NCBI GenBank assembly: GCA_008690995.1
Contig: VRMN01000008.1
Span: forward strand, 806,001-870,000
DNA from: Porphyridium purpureum
Lineage: Eukaryota
Length of the DNA: 64,000 nucleotides
Direction: 5' to 3'
Shown: piece after piece, positions 35,091 through 45,386 of the stretch
How the letters are laid out: each line of letters begins with the position of its first letter
Numbering within the stretch: position 1 is the first letter of the stretch
Program-made: the position numbers and the translations under genes
Notes under the pieces: generated by a model
The model's input: only the letters and a program-made list of their open reading frames with translations
Databases searched by the model: none
What the model was told of the DNA's origin: nothing

Positions 35091-38000
35091 TCAATTGTAT
35101 GCTTGTACGCCCTCAAATGTGTTCGGGTTCACGAAGTAATACCATCGGCTAAGCTTCTGCGATGTATTCTGGAATGCTGTCACCCTCCCTGTTATCATCG
35201 TCGCGTCTATCACTTGCACGGAGTCGCTTTGCAATCTCTGGTGGTGGAACACGGGCTCGAGACGCATGCACTTGCTGGCGCACTGCGACTTGGAGGATTC
35301 TCCATCATGCCCTTCGAAGTCCTGAATCACTGCGACATCGCAGGTCTCGTTGTGCTCATCCGTATTTATCGTGATCCGGGCGATTAAGATGCATTTCCCG
35401 TACGCGTACTGGTCCGGGTGGGTCGAGTGCTTTGAGTACTCGACGAAGTCCCATCGCGGATTCTTATAGTGATCCGGATGCGCGACGATGCATTCGACAG
35501 TCTGCCTTCGGTGCTTGAGCTGCATTTGTCGAAAAGCCTCGAGTACAACTGATGCATGCGTCGCTTCAGCGCGGAACTTGTTCATCGCGAAACGTTTCAA
35601 AGCGCTATCCATTCTCGCCCATAGAGCTACCCTTTCAGCGTTGCTGTTTGTGCTGTTGGATGTACGCGAAGCGTATGGGTTCCATATTTGTGGTTGCCAT
35701 TCCAAAGCACTTCGAAACCCGTTCTCTCTGGTATATGTCCAGACGGTGCATGCGTCGCGCCAGACACCGAATAAAGACGATGAGAAATGTATTGACGATC
35801 CTCGATGCCGGTACCATGGGTGTCTTTGATTTGCTGTGTTCTCATTTGGTGCCGTGTTGGTGAACGTCCGCACGTCTGATTGTTGGCCCTCATTCGAATA
35901 CGCGTCTCGCGTTAGTTGCCAGAGCCAGCGATTCGAAAACGATGCAAGTTCGTGCTTAGCAGCGCGGCGTAGCATAGATTCATGCGGCTTCCAAGTGTCC
36001 GAACCAACCAGCGACTTGAACCAGACCTTGTCAACTTGGAAGGATTTTTCACCGTCCGTCGTATCCCAAAATTTCATCGGCCCGAAGTCCGCCAAATTAT
36101 CGCCAAAGTGGGAAAGCGCATGGATCTTTGGAGCATTCCAAGGTAGATTAATGCGCTGTGTGAATATGCGAAGCCGCGATTGCACTTCACTTGTGAGACT
36201 TGGGATGCGAATCAGCAGGTCACGGGGAATCACTCGCAGATATAGTACGCCGTACAACTGAATACATCGAATTGCAAGATTGGTGAAGGCAATGCGTGCA
36301 TGATCCTCGAGGATGTCTTCCTGTTGTATGAGTACGACCATTTGGAGAAGGTGACCAAGCGAGTATGATTGTTCAGCGAGTTTTGTCAAGTCGAGTAAGA
36401 AGTTAGAGGAGCGAATTCGCGTGTACACAGCGTGTCGTCGGAAGCTGGCTTCATTCATGATATTCGTGGCTATTCGGCTCCATGCTTTTCCAGCGGCTGA
36501 GTCAATGATTCCGCGAAGCTGATCTGTTGCGCTGCCTTTGTGCTTTGGAGTTGCCGTCTTCAATGGGAGCGCACGGCCATGTGCACTCGAGTGTGAAAAT
36601 CTCGTCCCGCTGGGCGGAGCGCTTGCTGTCTTTCGTTTCTTTGCGGGTGACGCTTGTCCAGATTGTGATGGTCCATCGATGTCAGACGCGCATTCGCTGT
36701 TGGATTCGGAACCATGTTCGCTGTTGCTCTCGCCTGCACTGGCACATGTATCTTCGCTTCTATCAAGCGATGCCATGGCACCGATTGCGTCTTCTTCCTC
36801 CCCATGCTTTGAATATTGCTTCGCGCGCTCTTGCGCTTCCGTGAGTTCAAAGACAACGTTTGCTACTCGGTGGGTGACATTTGGCTTGCTCAGTAATGCC
36901 TTGAGTCCGGCAACGGTTATGCCGCGGAACCAGAAAGCCAAGAAACCGTGAAGCCCATCGATACCGGTCAGTTGGAACCTTCCACGATTAAGAAGCATTA
37001 TGTGTTCCTCGTATCCAGCTGCAAGTTCGTTGAAATCTTTGTCATCATTCTCGTCGAAGCGATTCCATCCGATCGCTGCATGTTCTCCGATGAACTGCAG
37101 AGAATGTGCCTTTCTCATCGAAGCTCCCCATTCGGATAAGTGTTGGGTCACAAGGTGTTCAATTTTCTTCTCTGATCGATACTGCAGGGGACGTCGTGTA
37201 ACCCAGAACTCATCATTTTCTGTTTGATGTGGCGCCGCTGGTGTGCTGAGCGTGTGTATCGATGATTGTGGAGCTTGTACCATACATTGATGACAGGGCA
37301 TTTTCTGCGCGCGCCCACCGGATACAAACGATGCCTTGGTGAAAGAGCACTTTGACATCATTGGCATGTCCATCGATAATTTGTACACGATGGGAAAGAA
37401 AAGCAGTCGACGCTGCTGCCATGTTACTGGGATGCCATGTTTGTTAGCAGCTAGCGTGTCGTAAAATGTTTTGCTCATGATCGCGTGATACATCGACGAT
37501 TCGAGCTCACGTCGAGCCAACTTTGCATTGATGTGGAGGTTTTGGCTCGCTCCGAATGCTCTAGCAACGCATTCAGTGTCCACCGCAGGTAAATACGCGA
37601 CGACATGTGGCTCACGGTGAGCATCTGAGCAGAACATGCGACGATGGACGATACGGATCTTGAGCGGCGTCATTGTATGACGCCCGTTCTGTGTCATGTG
37701 CGCTTCGTCAGCGTATATCTGCAGCGGAAGTAGAACTGCCTCAGGTGGGTCCGGACCATATTTCTGCCTGACTTCGAATGCGATGCGACGAGCTGCGTTG
37801 ACACACAGGTTACCATCTTGCGGGAAAACGAGGGACTTGCGCTGTTGGTCTTCGAAGAGATTGATTTTCAAGGCGTCCAAACCGTATTCCCTGATGATGG
37901 AAACAACCGAATTTACTGCGAGCTCCATTGGCTCACGGAAGCGAATCTTTGGGACCACATTGCGAGGTAAAATCTTCCCATGCAGTGTCTTCCCTGCGCC

Positions 38001-39005
38001 GTATTCAATAATTGCCTCCTGACCATCGATGACTGTGTTTCCGATGATATCCGATATGCATTGCTTAGATCTGTGGGTGAAAAGAAGGGTCGAAGCTCGC
38101 TTACCCAGACCCGCAGCTGATTCGTTGATACTTGTTTGCATCACAGAGAAGGCCTTCTCAAGTAAAGATGCATCGCAGGTCGATAGATTCCTTCTCAAAT
38201 CCGTGAAGGCACGCCTGATTATTCGAGTAATATACCGAAGAGTCGTGCGAGTAGTGATGCGTAACAGCTGCATCTCCATCGACTTTAGTTCAAGTGCTTC
38301 GCGAGTGGAAATGGCGTGCTTGTGCATAAACATCTCCTGTTCACTTTTAAACCTTAGAACTTCGACTGCATCGTCGATGTCAATGTTCTCCGATGAGCCT
38401 ATGCCAGTCAACGTGCGCACGTACTTCGAGATGCTGTCGTCGCGGTGTTGTAGGCGCTGGCGTAAAGTCTTCTGGTCGAGTAATCTCTCAAAACGCTTTG
38501 CATAACGGGTCACAAGCGTTTCGACGTCAATCTCTCGACTAGGATACGCATCGCTCATCTGTGCTGCATCGTGTCCCATACGTTCTGCTTCGTTGGCTTC
38601 ATCATTGTCTGCCGCGTCATTCTCTAGAGCAAGATCATCATCCGATTCAATCTGCTCTTCTGGGTCCACGAAGTCATCACCGCCGTCATTGTCGCTGTCC
38701 CGTGCGCTGTCGTCATGATTGTCTATGCCGGCACTGACGTCAAAGTCAATTCCACTGCGCGTATCGTCATCGCATGGGCCACCGTACACAGCAGTCGACC
38801 GTCGAAGATTCGCGTATGGAATGCGCCCTGTGCGTACACGCAGTCTGCAGCACAGTTTGTGTTCTCGCATGACTTGGACCCGCGCAGTGTAAGATAAACC
38901 TTGTCCTTCAGGCGGTGAAAAATCGCAGTTGACACCATCGCATTGTAATCTTTTCTCTCGACGACGATGCCACGGCTTGTGGGCGAGGCTCTCACGACTA
39001 TCCAT
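35091..39005 (-). CDS. Plavaka/CMC-type DDE transposase, ~1304 aa
   Basis: LPLQIYADEAHMTQNG (D1), SMDMP (D2), CHQC, IDGLH (DxxH), PKIHALSHFGDNLADFG...TTDGE (E), RWDFVEY, and an N-terminal Zn-finger-like C-x4-C...H-x2-CC. First ATG at 39005. Confidence 0.88.
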   Translation of the reverse strand: MDSRESLAHKPWHRRREKRLQCDGVNCDFSPPEGQGLSYTARVQVMREHKLCCRLRVRTGRIPYANLRRSTAVYGGPCDDDTRSGIDFDVSAGIDNHDDSARDSDNDGGDDFVDPEEQIESDDDLALENDAADNDEANEAERMGHDAAQMSDAYPSREIDVETLVTRYAKRFERLLDQKTLRQRLQHRDDSISKYVRTLTGIGSSENIDIDDAVEVLRFKSEQEMFMHKHAISTREALELKSMEMQLLRITTRTTLRYITRIIRRAFTDLRRNLSTCDASLLEKAFSVMQTSINESAAGLGKRASTLLFTHRSKQCISDIIGNTVIDGQEAIIEYGAGKTLHGKILPRNVVPKIRFREPMELAVNSVVSIIREYGLDALKINLFEDQQRKSLVFPQDGNLCVNAARRIAFEVRQKYGPDPPEAVLLPLQIYADEAHMTQNGRHTMTPLKIRIVHRRMFCSDAHREPHVVAYLPAVDTECVARAFGASQNLHINAKLARRELESSMYHAIMSKTFYDTLAANKHGIPVTWQQRRLLFFPIVYKLSMDMPMMSKCSFTKASFVSGGRAQKMPCHQCMVQAPQSSIHTLSTPAAPHQTENDEFWVTRRPLQYRSEKKIEHLVTQHLSEWGASMRKAHSLQFIGEHAAIGWNRFDENDDKDFNELAAGYEEHIMLLNRGRFQLTGIDGLHGFLAFWFRGITVAGLKALLSKPNVTHRVANVVFELTEAQERAKQYSKHGEEEDAIGAMASLDRSEDTCASAGESNSEHGSESNSECASDIDGPSQSGQASPAKKRKTASAPPSGTRFSHSSAHGRALPLKTATPKHKGSATDQLRGIIDSAAGKAWSRIATNIMNEASFRRHAVYTRIRSSNFLLDLTKLAEQSYSLGHLLQMVVLIQQEDILEDHARIAFTNLAIRCIQLYGVLYLRVIPRDLLIRIPSLTSEVQSRLRIFTQRINLPWNAPKIHALSHFGDNLADFGPMKFWDTTDGEKSFQVDKVWFKSLVGSDTWKPHESMLRRAAKHELASFSNRWLWQLTRDAYSNEGQQSDVRTFTNTAPNENTANQRHPWYRHRGSSIHFSSSLFGVWRDACTVWTYTRENGFRSALEWQPQIWNPYASRTSNSTNSNAERVALWARMDSALKRFAMNKFRAEATHASVVLEAFRQMQLKHRRQTVECIVAHPDHYKNPRWDFVEYSKHSTHPDQYAYGKCILIARITINTDEHNETCDVAVIQDFEGHDGESSKSQCASKCMRLEPVFHHQRLQSDSVQVIDATMITGRVTAFQNTSQKLSRWYYFVNPNTFEGVQAYN

Positions 39006-39073
39006 GCCTATGCGCCGAATCTCTTTAACTCCCCTCGCACGGCCCCCTCGCGCCGTCCAATCGTCTCGTCCTC

Positions 39074-39188
39074 TCGTCCGGCCCACTCGTCCCGTCCTAT
39101 CGTCCGGCCCACTCGTCCCGTCCTATCGTCCGGCCCACTCGTCCCGTCCTATCGTCCGACCCACTCGTCCGACCCACTCGTCCGACCC
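39074..39188. repeat. Minisatellite upstream of the transposase: 3 x 26 bp followed by ~3 x 13 bp
   Basis: TCGTCCGGCCCACTCGTCCCGTCCTA x3, then TCGTCCGACCCAC x~3. Confidence 0.92.
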
Positions 39189-39271
39189 TTTCTTCGCGTG
39201 CGTCTAAGTTGACGCTATTTTCTTCAAGTTGTTGGTGTGCATTACATCACCGCACTATTCAAATATTATTA

Positions 39272-40978
39272 CTAAAATGGCGTAGTTTCACAATACGTGC
39301 AATATGGGAATGCTTGGCTAGACTTTAAGATTTGGAAAGGGTCAAATTTATGATGGATGCAAAGGATCAGACTGAGCCTCTTGAGCTGACCAGCACTGAT
39401 GGTGTAAGTGCATAGCATGCGAAGCGGCAGAGTGGGGCTTCGAATACAGGGCCGCGGTGGTAGAGCAGGTTCCGGCGAGAGAGCCAGTATTTGGGCGCGG
39501 CGGCTGGGCATTGGGTTCGAAAGGAAGCCACGCTTAGAAGCAGTCACAATCTGGAAAGTGTCATTATTTCTCGACATTTGACCCAGGAATCGGGTGGAGA
39601 AGTAGGGCGCTTCCGTCTTTCCGTGTGATCTAGCTTAGAATCATACTTGCAGTTATCGGCGTGTATTTACTGGGAGAATACTTTTTTCCCGCGCATTTGA
39701 TTCCTCTTGTCAGTTGTGGGTATTTGGCAGTAGTATTAGTGCACAGTGGTGTATAGCGTCCACACTCTGTGTCGCGGTGAAAGAGAAAAGAAAATCGCTG
39801 AGAGTGAAGCATCAAAATCAGCCCTCGGCACAAGTGCAACGCATGAGAAAACGTCGTCGTCTGAGGAGAGCACCTAGAGTGTGGAGGCCAGCGGTTCTGG
39901 AGAGGAGGAAAGTAGCGATGCAGAGGACTGAGCGAATGCCGAGGGATCTGAACCGCGAACTGATCCGGAGTGCAAACATCGCTGGTTTATGTGACGTTGA
40001 ATGGAATGTAAATGTTCCATATCGTTAAAGGCCATGCGTTGCCTGAAGTAAGTAATCGTGCGCACGTCTGCAATCAGTGATCAAGTCGGCCGCCACGCGG
40101 CCGCGTCTGCGACAGGATCCGCTGACACAGTCACGCGAGCACGCCAGAGGAGCATCCATAGCTGCATCGGCAGAGCGCTTCGATAATCCAAACCTGATAC
40201 AAGCAGAACCGTACGTGGCCTCGTAACATTCGAACACTCCGCGAATCTTATCCTGAGCAACCCACGAATAATCAGGCCAAGGATAACGGCACGAACCTTT
40301 GATATTCCAGCGGACCAGTAAGTACGATGACAATTTGCTCCAGATCACGTTGACGTCTGGCAGAGCACGAGCCCCAACAAGCTCAACTGTCAAGGGCCGA
40401 CCTTCGAAGCGCACATACACGCGACTGACCCGATGGTTTTTGGTTTTCAATCGCATATCGAACGCCGGATGTTCCAATAGAATTGCCTCGGGGATCGGTG
40501 ATTGTACATCGTCGATGCGCTCAACCCTCGCTGGCCAACCGTCCGCATTCTTCTCTGGCCATTCCACCATCACCAGCTCAGGTACACTATGCTTCTCCTT
40601 ACATCCCGTGTACGCACAGTCGACTCCAGCCAAGAAGCCAGTCAAACCTTGCTGTGCATTGACCATCGATGCACGTAGCCAGACCAGTTCTGCGTGAAAG
40701 CTTGACTCGGTGGGATACTTTACACGGGGCTCCATCGGAGGCGTCGGAAGCGATACACGCTGCCACTCGCACTGCTTCAAGATATCGATGAGTTCATTGA
40801 CATCGTTGCGCAGACTATGCAGTTCTGCCTCAACACGCGCAAGCTTGGAGTCGGTGATCATCGCGTGCAGCGCATACTCGCGTGCCTTTAATTCGCTGGT
40901 ATTTTGCGCAATAATATTGGCGTTCAGCGCCATCGCGAGCTGCATCCGCAATTGCTCCACTTCCTCTTTATCCGACAT
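39272..40978 (-). pseudogene. Transposon cargo gene A: open 317-aa 5' part (40025-40978) with an N-terminal coiled coil; 3' part apparently disrupted
   Basis: ORF MSDKEEVEQLRMQLAMAL...; downstream same-strand ORFs 39874-40065 and 39272-39577 share one frame separated by isolated stops. Confidence 0.55.
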
Positions 40979-41816
40979 GACTGAATGGCGTAAAGGACGG
41001 AGCCTTCTCAGCGACTACACCACCGTTGATCTAAACTGCTCGCTTTCGTCCAACTTGGGCACAGACGCCAATACATCAGACATGCATAGAGTAGTTAGCC
41101 GTTCACCCTGAGCATGCACTTTCTCGTAAAACGAACGTGCTTTTATGTGATGCCCCATAAACCCACACGGCAGACCTGTTACACTAGACGGAAAATGCAC
41201 ATGAAAACTTCGCCGCAGGATCACATTTCCAGCGTAGCGCGCCAAAAATGTTCAAATACAAGAACCGCGCGTAAGGCGGCGCTCATACTTGACATGTCAA
41301 GACAAAGTTGAGAAGCGAAAGGGTTGGTGGTGCAGCGTGTTGTCGCTTGCGAAACGGGGTGTGGAGCGGCTTGTCGAACGGTTTGCGGCGGGCAGTGCTC
41401 GGCGGTTTGCGGTGCGCAGCGATCGGCGTTTCATGCTGTGGCTCGGGTGCGGGATGTGTTGCTGGGGAAGGTGCGGGTTGACGTACAAATACAACGATTC
41501 ATTACGAGGAGTCATCTGGCGAGCCGCGAAGTCTGGGTGGCCTGCGTGTAGTCGATGACGCGACACTTTGGCGCATTGAACGACACACGGATCGGAGACC
41601 AGCTTGTGGCATCGACGAAATATCTGCGGTGGTTGCGATTACACGTGCATATCAGCTGCGAAGAGAACTGGAAGAACTCGCTGTCACATGGGACCAAACC
41701 CGCGCCCTCCAGGTCTGCGCGGACGCGCCGGAAAACATGTTGCTAGAAAGAAGTGTCGAGCTGGTGAACGCAATTGCGAAACCCGAATAGCACCGACGTA
41801 CGCACAAACAGCAGCG

Positions 41817-43850
41817 ATGAATACAACGACGGAAGTCGAGGAACAAGATCCATTCATAAGTCTGAAAACTGGCGCGGCAGCATCGAACACGTTCCCGGAC
41901 AGTAATGTGGATGCTTATGTTACATCCATGGAAACCGTTGCGTCGTTTTTGTATGAAAGCGAAACCACCGTGATGCAGCCAACGACGACTGGCGAAGGCC
42001 TCAATGCACAGCTGCCCATTAACCCCGTCGATCGCATATGTGTTACGCCATCGGATGCGACTCAGGACATCAGCTTCGAAACAGTTTACCCGACGGCAGC
42101 CACTGCGCGAACAGTATGCCCTGAATCAAAAAGCCCCACCGGGATCCGCGCAAAGACCTACTCGATGAATACTTCGATGACCAAGCAGACATCTAAATTG
42201 AAGAAGCGCAACGTGACACAGAAGCCGTATACCAAAGGAAGTATATGTGATCTTGACCTCGTGAGATTTTTTCGACAAGGGACGGCGCCGCTGATGCCTT
42301 TGACAATTACGGAAGAGTGTTTGGCAGCGATGGATTCATTTGCAGCGATGCGCGACCCCAAGCGCGCGGCGCCCAACCATGTCGACAATGATCATCCGAT
42401 GGGAATCCGAGATACCGCTCTCGATGAGACGCGCGGTACGGACCATGGACGCAACGTTGTGATACCACAGACACAACAGACGAACGCTTGGTAAACGGAT
42501 TACTACACGTCTAACACATCCCCGTCCACCAATGGCTTCGCCTTCGCGTACATTTCAAAGTGCATGACTAAGCTGAGTTCATCGCACATCCTCGAATTGA
42601 AAGCAGCGCGTGAACGAGCTTTGACGTTGACCTACACTATGATCCGGCGATACTTATTCATCGGCGTCTCGCTTATCGCCCCGCTGGCTGGCAATGATAT
42701 GCTATCACATGACTTCGCTGGACCATTGAAGGATACAGCATTTCCAGACGACGCAGGTGCTTGCGCTGACTTGACTTACGATTTCCTGAAGTCCCTCGAC
42801 GCAATGAATATGTCACCAGAGCTACAAAGAAAAATTCTTGTTCGAAGCATGACACGATGTCTCATCGGGCATCAAGCTTGGTCCGTTTTCCTGAACCCAG
42901 CGGCGTTTCCCATCAAACATATTCCGAATGCGCTCAAAGACCTGGGCGTCATCGATATCAGCGAGTTCAAGGATGTGCATTCCTGGGTATTCGTCGAACT
43001 GATCGCAACCGGATTGCGCATATACGCAGTGCTATATGCGACGATCTGCTCGCTCCAACCCATAACGTCATGCGAAAATGACCAATCAGAGGAACGATGG
43101 ACACCGGAACATTTCGAAAGCATCTTGATATCCGAATCTGCAGCGAATCGACACTTCGAACAAGTGACGTCGACTGTTCTCTCGCATATGCTGTCCTGCA
43201 ACCATGCTTCCAACGAACCGGCATGTCTGATTAACGAATCTCAAGTCAAAGACAGTCCGCTGCATTTACGGACACGTCGATTGCTGACGCACTTCCAGAC
43301 ACTCAAACCCATGCGACGAACTAACTGCGGTTTGCATCCCAACAAACCAGCGCTCTTTACCGACACATACACAGGCATCATCGACTTTCTCAAGTCCATG
43401 CAGCAATCAAGTATGACGCTGCACAGAGCGATGAAGACGCTGAATTCGGGATCGCTACCAGGTCAGTGGGGAAAACCGTTCCCATCGTCGGCGATTTTAT
43501 GCACCCGCGGCTCTAGAAGCGATGGTTTTGATCCATGTCTCGTCGACGACAGCAAGCGACGACTGCTCGAGCAACGAAAAGCCTTATTCGACGCAAACTT
43601 TCTCAAACTCTATCTCCGAAACATCATCGCCGCTTTACCGCAGATTCTGCCACAGTACAAGATGGCATGCACGAACACGAATACGGACGACGTCGAAGTA
43701 CTTCGCCGAGGCATATGGGAAGCCGTGATAGCTTTCGGGAAGCAAACGCTGATCCATGTCCTCACTGATAAAGCGTTGAGCATTCCCTTGCCCTCGAAGA
43801 CGCGCAACGAATACGACGACGACGATGACTGTTTTGCAAATTTCCTTTAG
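41817..43850 (+). pseudogene. Transposon cargo gene B (~677 codons) with a single in-frame TAA at 42492
   Basis: ORFs 41604-42494 and 42564-43850 are in the same frame with only that stop between them. Thr-rich N-terminus and helical C-terminal domain. Confidence 0.75.
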
Positions 43851-43997
43851 ATGCTTCATTTCTGCAGCGAAAATAAAAAGGAACCGTTGAGTATTTCGGT
43901 TACAAAGTATGGGAATTCTCACGTGTAATTTATGGAAGCTTGAAATGGCTGTCAAAAGAACTTCCAGATCTTGGAATGCCGGAATGTAATGAGAGCC

Positions 43998-44117
43998 GTG
44001 GAAAAAGTCCTGGAAAAACTCTTGGAAAAGCTCCCGGAAAATCTCTTCTCCGCCCGAAAGCTGGTGTAAGCAACAGAAAATAGTTTTTCCTAGAGCTTTT
44101 CCAGTAGTTTTTCCCGG
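43998..44117. repeat. Right subterminal repeats (direct and inverted GGAAAAACTC variants)
   Basis: CTGGAAAAACTCTTGGAAAAGCTCCCGGAAAA followed by AGTTTTTCC/AGCTTTTCC copies. Confidence 0.85.
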
Positions 44118-44163
44118 TCGTATCCTAAAGTCGAGAGGGGACCAAATTTCAACACGCGGACTG

Positions 44164-45090
44164 CGTGCCCAACTCCATCGGAGCCGTTTCTTGCGCTTGC
44201 TGCGCTGCGCCCCAGATTCCTCGCGGTCGACTCGTTTGCGGGTGAATCACCGCGTCGGCCAATACCGCATACTTTAGCGCTTCTTTGTAGATCTGTGGCT
44301 CCTTCATGGCGACCTGCATTTTCACTTGCTCTTCGAGACCATTCTCAAAGTAGAACAGCCTTTCATGATCGGACAGACTGGGGCATTTAAGCGCCAGTGC
44401 ACGAAAGCGCGATTCGTAGTCCTGCACAGAGGAGCGACCCTGACTTAAGTTGAGCATTTCCATACGCGTTTTGGCATCCGCCTGGTGCGGCGCATAAAGT
44501 GCCTCTACCAGTCCCGTGAGATCATGGAAAGATGCCGGCCGCACGACGAGTAACTCAAACCACGACTGCGAATCGTTGATGAAGTAAGTTGCAAGCGTCG
44601 ACACCACCTGCTCTTCTTGCGCAGAGGTCCACTGACGCCCGGAGTCCATCCACTCCGTGTTTGCAGGCAAGTAGACCCGGTCACGCGCGCCAGATTTCCA
44701 TCTCAGCAGCGCAGACAATGTGCGCTCGCCACCGTAGTGCACCATCGGTGCCGTTTTCAATGTTGGCATTGCCGGCGCCGATACTGAGACATTTTTCATC
44801 ACGCCGCTAAGCGTAGCCGACGATGAACTTTCTCCTTGCGTCGCCAAGGCGGCACGCAAACCACCGATTTCGCTCTGGAATCGCGCCTCTCGCGCATCCA
44901 ATTGAGCTTGAAATTCTGCGCCCAGGCGCTGTTCTTGTTCTTTCATCAGACGGTGGATCTGCGGACCCATTTCCTGCAACAACTCGGCCTTCATCGCCTC
45001 TTTCCTCTCACTTGACACACGCGCGAGGTTGCTCGCAGCTTGTGTGGATTGTTGTGGAGTCACTTGCTCCATACCTTCGCGCAGGTCCAT
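44164..45090 (-). CDS. 5' part of the interrupted Gag-Pol: Ty3/gypsy-type (Retrotrans_gag-like) capsid
   Basis: LNLSQGRSSVQDYESRFRALA...FENGLEEQV...APMELG parallels the gypsy Gag in this window (LTRLSQKGPAHAYVAAF...FVRGLKPEV...VPMELG). Confidence 0.9.
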
Positions 45091-45367
45091 CCCAGGCACC
45101 CGGCCGTGTCGTTCTCACTCACACTACTCCTGTGCAGTCTTCTCTTGGCACTGCCTTTTGACGTGCTCTTCTGCGGATACCCTGCACAAGAGTTCCCATT
45201 GCTGAAGGTTTAATTTGCGAAGTCCGTCGGCTGGCCGGCATTCTTCATCCACTTTTGGTCGCGGCCGGTGGGCTTGCGGTGGGAACCTTCGAGATGGAAA
45301 ACGAAAGGGAAAAGCGAAGGAGAACAACGCTTAGTCCTAACTAACACCTGCCCCCAAGCGCTTAGAG

Positions 45368-45386
45368 CGCTGGGCTCATAACCCAG
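45368..45386 (-). other. Primer-binding site complementary to the anticodon arm of initiator tRNA-Met (half-tRNA priming)
   Basis: Plus-strand GCTGGGCTCATAACCCAG matches a tRNA-iMet anticodon stem-loop and directly abuts the LTR. Confidence 0.8.

Larger units (their letters stand above)
34772..44163. mobile_element. Complete 9392-bp Plavaka/CMC-type DNA transposon with cargo genes
   Basis: Imperfect TIRs CAGTCCGTGTGCTAAAT / CAGTCCGCGTGTTGAAAT. CG TSD at 34770-34771 and 44164-44165. GGAAAAACTC-like subterminal repeats at both ends. The empty site restores the host ORF. Confidence 0.92.

Noticed and set aside
39074..39188. CRISPR-like array
   Set aside because: Contiguous tandem units with no unique spacers and no cas genes, in a eukaryotic context.
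45368..45386. tRNA-Met gene
   Set aside because: Only the anticodon arm is present, with no acceptor, D or T arms; its position beside an LTR indicates a PBS.
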